A stretch of DNA of 47,622 nucleotides from Tubiluchus corallicola (GCA_030141605.1 JAQGDQ010001318.1:1-47622), one strand, 5' to 3'. Shown: positions 1 to 14,559, counted from the stretch's first letter. Notes: a model not told the origin generated them from the sequence alone. Translations and numbers: made by a program.

Positions 1-68
1 TTTTTCCCCTAATTGACAATTACGTTGCAACACTTATTAATGACGATTAAAACAGACTGCAGGTTTAA

Positions 69-671
69 ATCACAACCAGACCCAATCTTAAACTGTAGGT
101 CAAAACAATCTACTCATTAAAATATTGAAAGGAAACATACTGTTTTTTCAAGAATGACTTACGTGAAAGAAATATTACCACACAAACACAATTTCAGCTC
201 GCGCCACTACTTCATCGCAGTTACATGTATTTCGCCATTCGCTAGTTAGACTGGCACTAGCGCCTGTATTTCGGAAACACATTGCACAAAAAACAGGTAC
301 TGTACCTCTCAGCTCAGATGTGTTCGTTTGCGTCGAACTGCACACGTTCGACAGCTCATGCGTGAACACAGCTGTAAATATGAAATTTTGTCTTAAAACT
401 TGCCTAGTTTAGTACAACACACTGAATATCTTACAGTAGCACTATACTTCAATTTTCGCTTTGGCAAACACGTGCAACACGCTCGTGGAATATTTTTCTT
501 GTTGAAAATTATGTTAGTTTGTGATGTCATCAACAGATGGGATCGCCCACTGTTAATTGAGTTTTTAATCTATTATTTAATTATCAGAAACACTTTTGCA
601 CTGTGTTAAAATTCATACTTTTTATCAGACTTGAAAATGGGGTAGTGTATGAAAAATCATCCTGTCATCCT
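69..671 (+). mobile_element. ~600-bp non-autonomous DNA transposon, TTAA-flanked (Kolobok-like), full-length copy
   Basis: TTAA at 65-68 and 672-675. Across the family the termini are imperfect 12-bp inverted repeats (AGCAAAACCGGA vs AGGAAGACAGGA). Homologous copies near 7432, 12890, 13932, 15039 and 17470. Confidence 0.75.
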
Positions 672-959
672 TTAACAACAGACGAAGAAATTGAAATTTT
701 TATAAAGAAAGCACCGCGCAGCAATAACAAGTAATTCGGGCGCTGAGTAAATAGTTCTATCGTGTTGGTACATGGATATTTGCACGTTTTGTTTGCTCAC
801 AAATGATGTAATATTCTGAATACACGCTGAGTCAAGTTCAGCTGTGATTGGCCATTTGATAAAGTCAACACAGTAGAAATTATCTGTTTTATCTGATCAG
901 TGGGGACGATCTATGAGCTACTTGACAAAGAGCATGTGCTAGGTAACTCGGCGGTGATC

Positions 960-1700
960 GAGATTGATTGGTTGAATGATTGTTTGATTGTTTGACTGAC
1001 TGACGATTGGTAGATTATCTGAATGATTGGTTGATTGCAATACAAATTATTATCCATAAAATCAATTCATAAATGCATAAATTCTTACTTATTGAAACTG
1101 TAACTGATTGACAGACTTACTGAGTGACTAACCGACTACTTCACTGATTGGTTGATTGACTGACTCACTAAATGAATGAGTGACTAACTGAACGAGTGTC
1201 TAATTGATTACTTGTCTGATTGATTGATTGATTGATTGATTGACTGACTTACTAACTGACTGATTTATTTTTATTTAACTCTTTATTTCGAACTAAGTTC
1301 ATAGAACACAAAGACAGTACTTACAAAGCATACAATACTATACAAATCACTTCTCCCAATATGCATAAGTTCTTACATATAGAAATTTTGACTGATTGAC
1401 AGACTGACTGACTGAGTGACTAATTGATCGATTGTCTAATTGATTACTTGACTGATTGATTGATTTGTTGATTGACTGACTGACTAACTGACTGATTTAT
1501 TTGTTATTTAACTCTTTATTTCAAACTAAGTTCGTAGAATACATCTACAATACTTACAAGCCGTACAGTACTTATCTCCCTAGCATACACAAATTGTTAC
1601 ATGAACAAACAGTAACAGACTGCTTACCTGACTGATTGATTGATTGAACAATTGCCTTTTCGATAGACTAAATGATTTTTTCATTGACCGATTTATTGCT
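960..1700. repeat. (GACT/GATT)n low-complexity region with a ~290-bp internal duplication
   Basis: ATGCATAA..TTCTTAC..GACTGATTGACAGACT-like block recurs at about 1073 and 1361. Confidence 0.7.
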
Positions 1701-1914
1701 TGGGATACCAAATTTGCACTACGAATTGTTGAGCAGTAGTAACGACTAGTCAATTTTACGCTTCATTAATTTCGAAATTAATGATTTCTTACTTTTTTCG
1801 GACAAACGACTTATCAACTAGAGGGGAAAAAGGGAGTTTCAAAGAACTCTCAAATTCCTGATTCCATTTTCCAACAAAAATTACACGTGCTTTAGAAAAA
1901 ATATGCGAGTTCTG

Positions 1915-3792
1915 GTGTCAAATACTGTCTGCGGATGAATTCTGAAACCACAAGTGCATTCTTGTAGCTTTGTGTCAAATAATGTCTGTGGATGAATTCT
2001 GAAACCACAAGTGCATTCTTGTAGCTTTGTGTCAAATAATGTCTGCGGATGAATTCTGAAACCACAAGTGCATTCTTGTAGCTTTGTGTCAAATAATGTC
2101 TGTGGATGAATTCTGAAACCACAAGTGCATTCTTGTAGCTTTGTGCCAAATAATGTCTGTGGATGAGTTCTGAAACCACAAGTGCATTCTTGTAGCTTTG
2201 TGCCAAATAATGTCTGTGGATGAATTCTGAAACCACAAGTGCATTCTTGTAGCTTTGTGTCAAACAATGTCTGTGGATGAATTCTGAAACCACAAGTGCA
2301 TTCTTGTAGCTTTGGTGTCAAATAATGTCTGTGGATGAATTCTGAAACCACAAGCGCATTCTTGTAGCTTTGTGTCAAATAATGTCTGTGGATGAATTCT
2401 GAAATCACAAGCGCATTCTTGTAGCTTTGTGTCAAATAATGTCTGTGGATGAATTCTGAAACCACAAGTGCATTCTTGTAGCTTTGTGTCAAATAATGTC
2501 TGTGGATGAATTCTGAAACCACGAGTGCATTCTTGTAGCTTTGTGTCAAATAATGTCTGTGGATGAATTCTGAAACCACAAGCGCATTCTTGTTGCTTTG
2601 TGTCAAATAATGTCTGTGGATGAGTTCTGAAACCACAAGTGCATTCTTGTAGCTTTGTGTCAAATAATGTCTGTGGATGAATTCTGAAACCACAAGTGCA
2701 TTCTTGTAGCTTTGTGTCAAATAATGTCTGCGGATGAATTCTGAAACCACAAGTGCATTCTTGTAGCTTTGTGTCAAATAATGTCTGTGGATGAATTCTG
2801 AAACCACAAGTGCATTCTTGTAGCTTTGTGCCAAATAATGTCTGTGGATGAATTCTGAAACCACAAGTGCATTCTTGTAGCTTTGGTGTCAAATAATGTC
2901 TGTGGATGAATTCTGAAACCACAAGTGCATTCTTGTAGCTTTGTGTCAAATAATGTCTGTGGATGAATTCTGAAATCACAAGTGCATTCTTGTAGCTTTG
3001 TGTCAAATAATGTCTGTGGATGAATTCTGAAACCACAAGTGCATTCTTGTAGCTTTGTGTCAAATAATGTCTGTGGATGAATTCTGAAACCACGAGTGCA
3101 TTCTTGTAGCTTTGTGTCAAATAATGTCTGTGGATGAATTCTGAAACCACAAGCGCATTCTTGTTGCTTTGTGTCAAATAATGTCTGTGGATGAATTCTG
3201 AAACCACAAGTGCATTCTTGTAGCTTTGTGTCAAATAATGTCTGTGGATGAATTCTGAAACCACAAGTGCATTCTTGTAGCTTTGTGTCAAACAATGTCT
3301 GTGGATGAATTCTGAAACCACAAGTGCATTCTTGTAGCTTTGTGTCAAATAATGTCTGCAGATGAATTCTGAAACCACAAGTGCATTCTTGTAGCTTTGT
3401 GTCAAATAATGTCTGTGGATGAATTCTGAAACCACAAGTGCATTCTTGTAGCTTTGTGTCAAACAATGTCTGTGGATGAATTCTGAAACCACAAGTGCAT
3501 TCTTGTAGCTTTGTGTCAAATAATGTCTGTGGATGAGTTCTGAAACCACAAGTGCATTCTTGTAGCTTTGTGTCAAACAATGTCTGTGGATGAATTCTGA
3601 AACCACAAGTGCATTCTTGTAGCTTTGTGTCAAATAATGTCTGTGGATGAGTTCTGAAACCACAAGTGCATTCTTGTAGCTTTGGTGTCAAATAATGTCT
3701 GTGGATGAATTCTGAAACCGCAAGTGCATTCTTGTAGCTTTGTGTCAAATAATGTCTGTGGATGAATTCTGAAACCACAAGTGCATTCTTGT
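1915..3792. repeat. 57-bp tandem satellite, about 33 copies
   Basis: Unit GTGTCAAATAATGTCTGTGGATGAATTCTGAAACCACAAGTGCATTCTTGTAGCTTT; no spacers. Confidence 0.97.
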
Positions 3793-3841
3793 ATCTTTAA
3801 TCTTAGCGTAATACTTGAATCTGCATGACAGCAGCAATGTT

Positions 3842-3925
3842 GTCATCATCACCACTACAATCACCACCATCATCATCATCGCCATCATCATCATCATCAT
3901 CATCGTCACACTCACTATCACATTC
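3842..3925. repeat. (CAT/CAC)n microsatellite
   Basis: Direct reading. Confidence 0.85.
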
Positions 3926-5807
3926 ATGAATGATTATGAAAGTTATGATTCCTTATTACAATTATGAAGTCTTCTTGTGTCAGTGCACGAAATACTGGTT
4001 TTGTTTGTCACCGTGCAATGTCAGACTCTGCTATAATGACAAATGCTTACTTACTAACTCATTTGACACGCGATTACGTAAGCTGTTACTAAATGTACTC
4101 AATAAATTAATCTAAGATGACGAATTTACACGTTGTCATCATCTCATAAATAACTCCTGTGTAGCAGTGTTGATATGAAGATGTAAATGTTTATGGGGCT
4201 GATCGAAATCACGACGCTTGTTGTCAAGAAAAATAGATTCAACTGTTACTACGTAATCCATCCCTCGATTCACCACAGACACTATGTAAATTGTTAACTA
4301 CTTTCGCGGAGTTTTTTGCGGACAAATTTTCTCTCGTCATACTTTGTGTAAACTTTTGACACTTTCAAACCATCCCGCGGCGCAAAAAATTGTTTGAAAA
4401 GAATTAAACAAACGAGAAATGCTATTTAAAGTTAGTTTACGAACGCCGCTTTTGACAAAACGGTTTTTTTCCCGCTTTCAATGCGCAACTTTGTGTTCCG
4501 CGCAACCGCTGGAATTCAACCGATGTAGTAAACACGCCGGGCATAGTAAACATTTCAAACGCCACTCGTTACACCATTTGATGTAAAGTATAAATCAAAA
4601 GCTGTAAAAATAATGCGCTGGGATGCTTCATGTGTTACTGCAGTGTTTCATGGCTAATAATGTGTTTAAAAAATTATAAAAATAATAATAATTGGGCTCT
4701 TGTATTGCATTTATATAGAATCAAGGTCTATAGCTATCAAGGCATAATATGATATCAATCTCATAGACTTAAAAAAGCAATACTAGATTCTAATTTAGAA
4801 ATATGAAATCGGACGCGAACTCAAAACCGTTTGCCAAGAAACCATAATTGCTCAATTTCGATTGCTAATTGCACATCGACTGCTCTTAGAATCACTTTAC
4901 CCGACTAATATACACAACTTTTAACATTTCCAAGGGGGAAGAAAAACACATTTTAAAGTACATACCTCTAAAAAAACGTTCCATACAAAATGTCTCTTAG
5001 TATTACGCTTACCAGTTTGAACGATATAATTGGAAATTCTTTAACAATTTCAGATGTTTGAGCCAGCTGGTAAAATATCACTGAATCACCTTCCCAATGT
5101 GCACCACTGACTCACCAACAAAAATTATTAATCTTATAGACAAGTTAAGGTAATTTAAGTTTTTACTTAGCGAAGTGTACTCCATGAATGTCACTTAGTA
5201 ATGTCATTCCATGTTCTGATCATTTTTTTAAACTACGCAATGTTACCTAAACTTATTTCAAACGACTAACCCTCAAAATGGCTGCGACTACCGGTCATCG
5301 TGGTAATTTGAATTTGCAAACATTTAGAACATTAAGAACGTTACTGTTAATGCAAGCTCTGGGTGTAATAAGGCAGCATATAAGTGAAACAAAATTTCAA
5401 AACAAATTTTAAGCTTCAATTAAAAGTGTTTTCTTGTAATTGATCCAGCAGTTTCTTACCTGGTGTCTTACTACAGGTGTTTTTGGTGGCCTTCTGCCCA
5501 TTTGTTTTAAAGCTTTCTGACTGGTCACCTGTAGTCCATTGGTCATTTTATGCTACCTTTTTTTTAAATTTCATCTGCGACTTAACTTCGAGTAACCTAA
5601 GAAATAGGTTCTGGATGTTGTGACCAGGCAATGAATTGGTTATAGCATAACGAAAAACGACATCAAAATTTAAACCCACAATCTTATGGCAAATTTTGGT
5701 ATACCATCTTTTATATACCATTTATATTCCATTTATGTTCCATGTTTATATTTCATTGTTTGTAAGCTTTCGTAACATTTTTCATGTTATTTTCTGGCCA
5801 ACTTTTG

Positions 5808-6930
5808 CTGGTAGTCTACTGTCTTTCCTGGTAATCTACTGTCTTTCCTGGTAATCTACTGTCTTTTCTGGTGGTCTACTGTCTTTCCTGGTGGTCTACT
5901 GTCTTTCCTGGTAGTCTACTGTCTTTCCTGGTAATCTACTGCCTTTCCTGGTGGTCTACTGTCTTTCCTCGTGGTCTACTGTTTTTTTCTGGAGGCCTAC
6001 TGTCTTTCCTGATAGTCTACTGTCTTTCCTGATAGTCTGCTGTCTCTCCTGGTGGTGTACCATCTTTTCTGGTAGTCTACTGTCTTTCCTGGTGGTCTAC
6101 TGTTTTTTCTGGTGGTGTACTGTCTTTCTGGTAGTCTACCGTCTTTCCTGGTTGTCTACTGTCTTTGGTCTACTGTCTTTCCTGGTGGTCTACTGTTTTT
6201 TCTGGTGGTGTACTGTCTTTCTGGTAGTCTTCTGTTTTTGCTGGTTGTCTACTGTCTTTCCTGGTGGTCTACTGTCTTACCTTGTGGTATGCTGTCTTTC
6301 TGGTGGTCTACTGTCTTTCCTGGTAGTCTACTGTCTTTCCTGGTAATCCACTGTCTTTCCTGTTGGTCTACTGTCTTTCCTGCTAGTCTACTGTCTTTCC
6401 TGGTGGTTCAGTGTCATTCCTGGTGGTCTACTGTGTTTCGTTGTGGTCTACTATCTTTCCTGGAGCTACTGTTTTTGTTGGTAGTCTACTGTCTTTCCTG
6501 GTGATCTACTGTCTTTCCTGGTGGTCTACTGTCTTTCCTGGAGTTCTACTGTTTTGTTGGTAGTCTAGTGCATTTGCTGATAGTCTAGTGCATTTGCTGG
6601 TAGTCTAGTGCATTTGCTGGTTGTCTATTGTCTTTCCTTGTGGTCTACTGTCTTTCCTGGTGGTCTACTGTTTTTCCTGGTGGTCTACTGTCTTTCCTTG
6701 TGGTCTACTGTCTTTCCTGATAGTCTACTGTCTTTCCTTTTGGGCTACTGTCTTTCTAGTGGTCTACTGGTTTTCCTGGTGGTCCACTGTCTTTCCTTGT
6801 GGTCTACTATCTTTCCTCGAGTTCTACTGTTTTTGTTGGTAGTCTAGTGCATTTGCTGGTAGTCTATTGCATTTGCTGGTAGTCTACTGGTTTTGCTGGT
6901 AGTCTACTGTTTTTGCTGGTAGCCTACCGT
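5808..6930. repeat. 20-bp minisatellite (GGTRGTCTACTGTCTTTCCT)n
   Basis: About 55 degenerate tandem units. Confidence 0.93.
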
Positions 6931-7431
6931 TTGAGAGTTCCTAATTTGTGAGGTAGTCTGCCCAACCAGATGACCTTTGCATACCCGCTACATAAGCCAT
7001 ATAAAAACGAAGAAAAATTTCAGAAATGTTGTTTACTACAAACAAGTTTACCTTTTCACTACGAATCCTATTAATTCACAAAATGTGCTTGACACATGTG
7101 TGGACACGTAGGCACGCATGCTCAAAAATGGGTGTTTATTTACCAAAAAGAACTTAGATTGCCCCAGGTTTGCGTCCAGATGTGCTGCTCTGGAGTATGT
7201 TAGAGGGTGTTTGGTATTCTATTAAGCTTGTTTACGCGTCGTAAAATTAATATTTTAGCTTCAGTGTCAAATTATTTACTATATAGTTAAAGCTTGTTTT
7301 TATACTCTGGGAATCATTAATTATGATGAAGCGTTTGAAGCTGTTAACGATGTATTAATCTTCTAGATTTATGGAATTGGATGACGTTGATTTGCGGATG
7401 CCGAAAATGGGAGGGTCCTAAATGGATTTAA

Positions 7432-7821
7432 AGGAAGACAGGATATTTTTTTCATATCCTGCCCTATTTTCAAGTCCTAAAAAATGTATACATTTTAACA
7501 CAAATGTTACTGCAAAAGAGTTTCTGATAATTAATTAATAGATTAAAAACTTAATTAACGGACGGGCGAGCCCAACTGCTTGTCACATGAAAAACTAACA
7601 TAATTTTCAACAGCAAAAATATTCCACGAGCGTGCTACTGTAAGATATTCAGCGTGTTGTACTAAAACTAGGCAAGTTTTAAGATAAAAATTCAAATTTC
7701 AAGTTTACAGCTTGGTCACGCATGAGCTGTCGAACTTGTGCAGTTCGTCACAAACTAACACATCTAAATTGAGAGGTACAGCTCCTGTTTTTGTGCAATG
7801 CGTTACCAAAATGCAGGCGCC
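7432..7821 (-). mobile_element. Truncated copy of the same TTAA/Kolobok-like element
   Basis: Begins TTAA-AGGAAGACAGGAT; reverse-complement similarity to about 260-671. Confidence 0.72.
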
Positions 7822-8157
7822 AAATAAATTTATTATAAAACCGAAAATTTTGTGGATTTTTGTTCTTTTTCTTCTTTCTTCTTCGCAATTAGGGTATTAC
7901 CATCGTTTTGAGAGCAGAAAGCAAAGACAAAGTAGAATATTCGCGCATTATTGCCTTTATTTCAGGAACAGTAAGCAAACACTATGTGGAATGCTCGCGT
8001 TCTTGAAATGGCAGAAATCGTGGTACAAATAAACACGACTGATCGGTCACTTCAAATAAAAGTATTTTTAAAAACGCTTACTTATAAAACATGCCGACTC
8101 AATTCTGCCTTGATATGTTTTAGAACTATGCGTAGGTACAACAAGACCCAGGACTGC

Positions 8158-8912
8158 TTTATTGAACAACCTGGAGAAGTACTGAACAATCTGGAGAACT
8201 ATCGAACAACACGCAGAACTATGGAATAACACAGAGAACTATCGAATAACAAAGAGAACTATCGAGCAACATGGGGAACTATCGTAAAACAAGCAGAACT
8301 ATCAAACGACACAAAGAGCCGTTGAACAACACGGAGAACTATTGAATAACACGGGAAACTATTGAACAACACGTTGAACAATAAGGATAACTGTTGAATC
8401 ACACAGAAAACTATTGAACAACACAGTGAACTATTGAGCAATACGGAGAACTAATGAACAACACGGAGAACTGTTGAACAACATGGAGAACAATTGAACA
8501 ACATGAAAACTGTTGAACAACGCTGAGAACTATTGGACAACTCGTAGAACTATTGGATAACACGGAAAACTATTGAGCAACTCGGACAACTATTGAACAA
8601 CATGGAGAACAATTGAACAACATAAAAACTGTTGAACAACGCTGAGAACTATTGGACAACTCGTAGAACTATTCAACAACACGGCGAATAATTGAGCAAC
8701 TCAGAGCGCAATTTAACAACACGTAGAACTATTGGATAACACGGAGAAGTATTGGACAACACGGGGAACTATTGAGCAACTCGGAGAGCTATTGAACAAC
8801 ACGAAGAACTGTTGAACAGCACGGAGAACTATTGAACAACATAGAGAACTTTTGAACAACACGGAGAACTATTGAGCAACTCGGAGAACTATTGAGCAAC
8901 TCAGAGAACTAT
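8158..8912. repeat. 20-bp minisatellite (GAGAACTATTGAACAACACG)n
   Basis: About 37 degenerate tandem units. Confidence 0.92.
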
Positions 8913-9047
8913 GCACAAAACATTAAGGCGTGATCAGTTAAATGTTCGCAATTATTACAGAACAGCCACAATATAATGTTTGGCCCATGAGAATAATGTA
9001 TGTCATTAGTGTATTAATTTGGTGTGTAATTATAATTAGGTGTCTAT

Positions 9048-9248
9048 TACAACAACAACAACAACGACAACAACAACAACAACAATAACAACAACAACAG
9101 CAACTATAACAACAACAATAACAACAACAACAACTATAACAACAACAGCAACAACAACAACAACTATAACAAACAATAACAACAACAACACCAACAGCAA
9201 CAACAACTATAACAACAACAACAAAAACAACAACAACAATAATAATAA
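9048..9248. repeat. (ACA)n microsatellite
   Basis: Direct reading; source of the poly-T/N pseudo-ORF. Confidence 0.92.
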
Positions 9249-10574
9249 AATTCGTTATTGCTATAAAAATTACACATCATTGAACAGCAAACTACACTTT
9301 CAAAAATTGACAGTGTAACCAGCGTTTCCACTGCTGTGAGCAATACTGTTGTACAATAAAATGAATTTATAATACGTAGAACAAGTTTTGTAATACAGGT
9401 GTGCTGCTAACGCAAACTCTGTATGCAATAAGACCGTATGTAGATGATACAAAATTTCAAGATGAATTTTTCAAGCCTTATGGAAGTAAGGAGTTTTCTT
9501 ATGTAAATTTTCATCTGAGCATGTAATCATTTCAGACACTTCATATCAGTCTAGTGATCCACATGTGTAAAGACGTGTTCAAATAAATCCCTCTCTTCCC
9601 GCATTGATTATCATATCAACCCCAAGCAGCAAAGGGCTTCATTCCGCAAAGAACTAATGAAAACAACCTGAAGCCATGCGCTACTCAGTCGAGCGTGTGC
9701 TCATTCCACTTAGAGAAGCCACAGCACGCACCCCCCACCCACCAACCTTTTGACCATTTCTCTTGCTCGTATTAACCCATCTTCACTATCTGGCTTCAAT
9801 GGAATGCGTACGAGGAAGCCAATTAGTGTTGTGTGACTGCGGCAAGGCGCCTCTTGGTGGCATTTGATCTAGTCCTTCATTGAAGATTCTCCCTGAAATA
9901 TTTGCAATTCCTGCTGCAGGCGACGCCAGACGCAGGTGTGGGGATGCAGACTGAGAAACTGACGCACATCGGGAAATAAAACGAATTAAACCAAGTTGCA
10001 TATAAATTAAGAAAAGAAAGTAATTTGAAAAGAACAAGAAAACATTGTATAGCAAAAATACTGAAAAAAGGTTGAAACAGGAATGCAAAAAAGGAAAAAA
10101 GGAAAAGGAGAATAGAGAAGAATGAAATGAAGAGGAGAAGGATAAAAGAAAAGGAGACAGAATAAAAGAAACAATCGAAATGTGCAGAGTTAAAAAAAAG
10201 GAGAAGAAAACATGCAAATAAACAAGAATGAGGAGAAAGAATAAACAAGGCCTAAATGGTACTTACATTGCTGCACTTATACTCATGTTTGAATAAAAGA
10301 GTGTGAGAAAAAGAGGCAAAAAATAAAGAATGAGGAAGGGAAACTTATATGGTTCTTGTATCGCAAACTTGCAACGTATCACAGGAAACGAAACAATAAT
10401 TTTCAATCTGATATTGGCAAAAACTTGTTTGCTAGCACTGCACCTTCAAGACGATATTCAAGACAATAATTTTCATTCTTATATTCATTCAGCACTGTAA
10501 GTTCAAGACAATATTTAGACGTACAGTGCTTTTATTTACAGTGTCTGTATAAATAATAAATAATGATGTAGTGC

Positions 10575-10700
10575 CTAATCATCACATATGCACATGTTGT
10601 GACGAATTAACTCTTTACTTATGTGAATGACAAACAGGATGGGTAATACGAATGCACCTTGCGGCACTCCGTCTACTACTGAAAGGGTTGCCTGCATATT
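10575..10700 (-). mobile_element. Degenerate LINE (CR1/L2-like) reverse transcriptase fragment
   Basis: VVDGVPQGAFVLPILFVIHISKEL..CICDD resembles the RT motif SGVPQGSVLGPLLF.IYI.DL..YADD. Confidence 0.65.
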
Positions 10701-10979
10701 TACGCTCAGAACCGCGCCAGATCTTGGTGAAACCGAGTAAGATGGAAAGAAAACATCTGTGCGTGGTAAAAAAGCAAGATAAATAAACCTTTGACCCGCC
10801 ATTGAGCCAGGCGATGACATCCTACCGCGATCTGTGGTGTTGGGTTAACTGGGAACACTATCCCGTCTCTTAACGCAAAGGGCTTCATAACAAGCTAAGT
10901 AAAGACATTGCAGGGGAACCGAGTCGCGCGGGAGGTTGCAAGTGCTGCATGCTTGTTTTCGTGTGTACTAGTCAAAGAT

Positions 10980-11270
10980 GAGTTGAGAGAGTAGGGTTAG
11001 GATGGGGAAACAGAGACAGAAGGGAGAAGGGTGTTGAGGAAGAGAAGTGTAAAGGAGAAAGAGAAGAAAAGAGGTCCAGAGAAAAATTGCAAGAACAAAC
11101 AAAAAAGAAAAAGAAAATAAGAAAAGGTAACAAGAAAGAAGGCTGAAGAGATGAAAGAAGAATCAAAAAAGGAAGGAACGAGGACGAATAGGTGAAGAAA
11201 AGAAGAAACGAAGACAAAAAGGACGAAAAATTGAGTAAGCAAGCAAAGAGAGAGAGAGAGAGAACGAGAA

Positions 11271-11312
<42 letters not shown>

Positions 11313-11665
11313 GAGAGAGAGAAAGAGAGAGAGAGAAAGAAGGGGAAGAGAGATAGACACAGACACGGGGGATAAAAAAGAGAAAAAGGAGAAAGATGAG
11401 GAAATAGAGACAGAGACAGAAGAGTGTGTGCGAGTGTGTGAAAGAAAGAAAGCGAGAGAGAATAAGGAATTAAGAGGCAGAGACACAAAGAGAAAAGGGG
11501 AGGGACAGGGAGAGATAGATAGTAGAGAGAGAGACAGAGAGAGAGTGTGCGAGAGAAAAAAAGAGGGGAAAAGTGAGAGATAGAAAGAGAAAGCGGGAGA
11601 ACGAGACAGAGAGAAAGAAAGACAAAGAGAGAAAACGAGTAAGAGAGAGCGAGAGAAAGGACGGA
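10980..11665. repeat. Polypurine GA-rich low-complexity tract with (GA)n core
   Basis: Direct reading. Confidence 0.85.
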
Positions 11666-12144
11666 ATAAAACTAAACTCCTCACAGTTACCACATATGTC
11701 TCATAAGTGTCCTGCAAGCCACGTGTCACGCGGCGTATCCTGGAAATCCTGGAATTCTTACAAATCTCCTGGATTTGTGGTCAAAATCTTGCCGGACGAA
11801 TAAACAAGCAAATTCACATTCCTCCCTTTTCGGCTTCTCCGGATCGAATCCCAAAAATGCCAGGCAGATTTTTTTGTGAAAATAGCTCACGGTCAACGTT
11901 GGACACGCCTGATTCAGATTGGCTCTGGGCAGACCACCAAGTGAGATTCTGGAGTAGTGAAGAATGGTTAGACGATATATTATTAATAATTAAGATTTTG
12001 CGCCTGTAGGCCTATTTTGTCATGTTCATTATTAGGCCTAAATGTTCAAATTTGTTCCATAAGTTTGTTTAGTTTGGAATTTCTATGACCATGTATGGTA
12101 GAACATAGCATAACTTTATGCAGCACCATGGAGGAGTAACTTAC

Positions 12145-12520
12145 TTGTCTGTTTGTTTGTTTGTTTATTTATTTGTATGTTTATTTATTTATTTTTCTGC
12201 TTATCTACTTATCTGCTTATTTATTTATCAACTTATTTTATTGTTTAGTTATTTACTTTCTTATTTATCCGCGTACGTATTCCGTTAGTTACTTATCTTT
12301 TTATTAGTTTATTTATTTATTTGTATGTTTATTTATTTATTTATTTTGCTTATCTACATATCTGCTTATTTATTTATATACTTATCCACTTATTTATTTA
12401 CTTACTTATTTCTTATTACTTATTATTAATGTATTCCATTATTTACTTTTACTTATCTCTTTATTTATCCCTTTGGTTATTTATATTCTGATTTATTCAC
12501 TTATTTATTTATATATTTAA
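12145..12520. repeat. (TTTA)n-like low-complexity region
   Basis: Direct reading. Confidence 0.75.
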
Positions 12521-12889
12521 TGCTATTTTAATTTCAAGTGACCAAAGTGGAAAGCAGCAAACAAATGATAAAAATTCACGTAATCAGGATTTAATTGAAT
12601 TTCTCATTAGTTAAATAATCGTTTTTTATTTTTTGTGGTTGATTATTTATTCGTACTTATATTCCTTTAAATATTCTTTAAATAATCTTCTTGTTCCTTA
12701 TTTATTAACATGTTTTTTTTATTTATTTATTTATTTATTCATTCATTCAGTGAGTTGTAAAGTGTTTTCTTAAATCAACCAATTTATTCCATCAGTCAGG
12801 CGTTCGTATCGACGAGAGTAAATTATAAAAATATTTGTTTCAGTTCCAACATGACCTATGACAAAATGTTAAGAGTTAAAAGAAAATTG

Positions 12890-13319
12890 TACCAAGTCTT
12901 AAACTGTAGGTGAAAACAATCCACTCTTTAAAATATTGAAAGGAAACATACTATTTTTTCAAAAGTAAACTTACGAGAATTATTACAACACCAACACAGT
13001 TTCACGTTGACGCCACTAGTTCTTCATTGTTACATGCATTTCACCATTCGCTAGTTAGACGGGAACTAGCGTCTGCATTTCGGAAACGCATTGCACAATT
13101 ATTAATCTACTGCGTTTAAAAACAGATTTGTATTTGTAGGGACGTGTCCTGTATATCTTGTTTATTTAAGTGTGTAATTTGTTAATTGTATTTGTGTTTA
13201 CGCTTGTGAAACAAAGCGTTTTCTATTATTAATAATAATAATAATATTGTTGTTGTTATTATTATTATTATTGTTATTATTATTGTTATTATTATTGTTG
13301 TTGTCAGTATTATTATAAC

Positions 13320-13358
<39 letters not shown>

Positions 13359-13393
13359 TATTATTATTATTATTATTGTTATTATTATTATTA

Positions 13394-13453
<60 letters not shown>

Positions 13454-14380
13454 GTAAACAACCTAATGCCAGCTTTCGGAAATACTATATTGAATGTTTC
13501 ATTAAAAATAAACAACTAAATATACGAAACCGTAATAGTAAACAAAAAACAAACAAACAATAAATACGGTGACAAATCGCTTTGGAAAGCTCTGGTAATT
13601 TACTGGCACACGCCTCCGCTTCAAGTAAAATCTGCTAACAGCCAAAACTGTTTAAAGTGCAGTAACAGATGATATATTAACTTGCAAAATCAACCTTCAT
13701 AAATTAAGGCAAATAAAAAACTATATAATTGTAACTTGGCAGCTTTCGTGCATTAAAATAAAACATGTTTTCATACTAGTAAAAAAAACTTCCTCAATCC
13801 TCATTCGTCAACAATATGTTTACACGAAGTCCTGAGATGTTCATTTAAATTTAGACAAAATTAGATAATAACGTTCTTATATTATAATCATCACTATAGA
13901 TTATATGATGTAAACTGCTGTAACATTTTTAAAGCAAAACCGGTCCCAATCGAAAACTGTAGGTCAAAACAATCTACTCATTAAAGTATTGAAAGGAAAC
14001 ATACTGTTTTTTTCAAAAATGACTTATCACAGAAAAAATTATTACCACAGAAAAACAAAATTTCACGTTGACGCCACTAGTTCTTCATTGTTACATGCAT
14101 TTCACCATTCGCTAGTTAGACGGGAACTAGCGTCTGCATTTCGGAAACGCATTGCACAATTATTAATCTACTGCGTTTAAAAACAGATTTGTATTTGTAG
14201 GGAGGTGTCCTGTATATCTTGTTTATTTAAGTGTGTAATTTGTTAATTGTATTTGTGTTTACGCTTGTGAAACAAAGCGTTTTCTATTATTAATAATAAT
14301 AATAATATTGTTGTTGTTATTATTATTATTATTGTTATTATTATTATTATTATTATTGTTGTTGTCAGTATTATTATAAC

Positions 14381-14450
<70 letters not shown>

Positions 14451-14466
14451 GTTATTATTATTATTA

Positions 14467-14559
<93 letters not shown>

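Noticed and set aside
175-609. Small ORFs recurring at 7712, 13989 and 17455 as a gene family
   Set aside because: They are translations of copies of a non-coding MITE.
1881-3778. Long ORFs of 327, 467 and 334 aa; CRISPR-like regularity
   Set aside because: Pure 57-bp tandem satellite with no unique spacers and no cas genes, in a eukaryotic context. The ORFs exist because the unit is a stop-free multiple of 3.
5951-6847. Hydrophobic membrane-protein-like ORFs (also 9786-10248, 10972-11729, 20616-21905)
   Set aside because: Artefacts of a 20-bp minisatellite and of CT/GA low-complexity tracts.
9786-9950. Exon-like segment on the minus strand (tttctcag|SASPHLRL..IEAR*)
   Set aside because: No recognisable homology or partner exons; cannot be supported.
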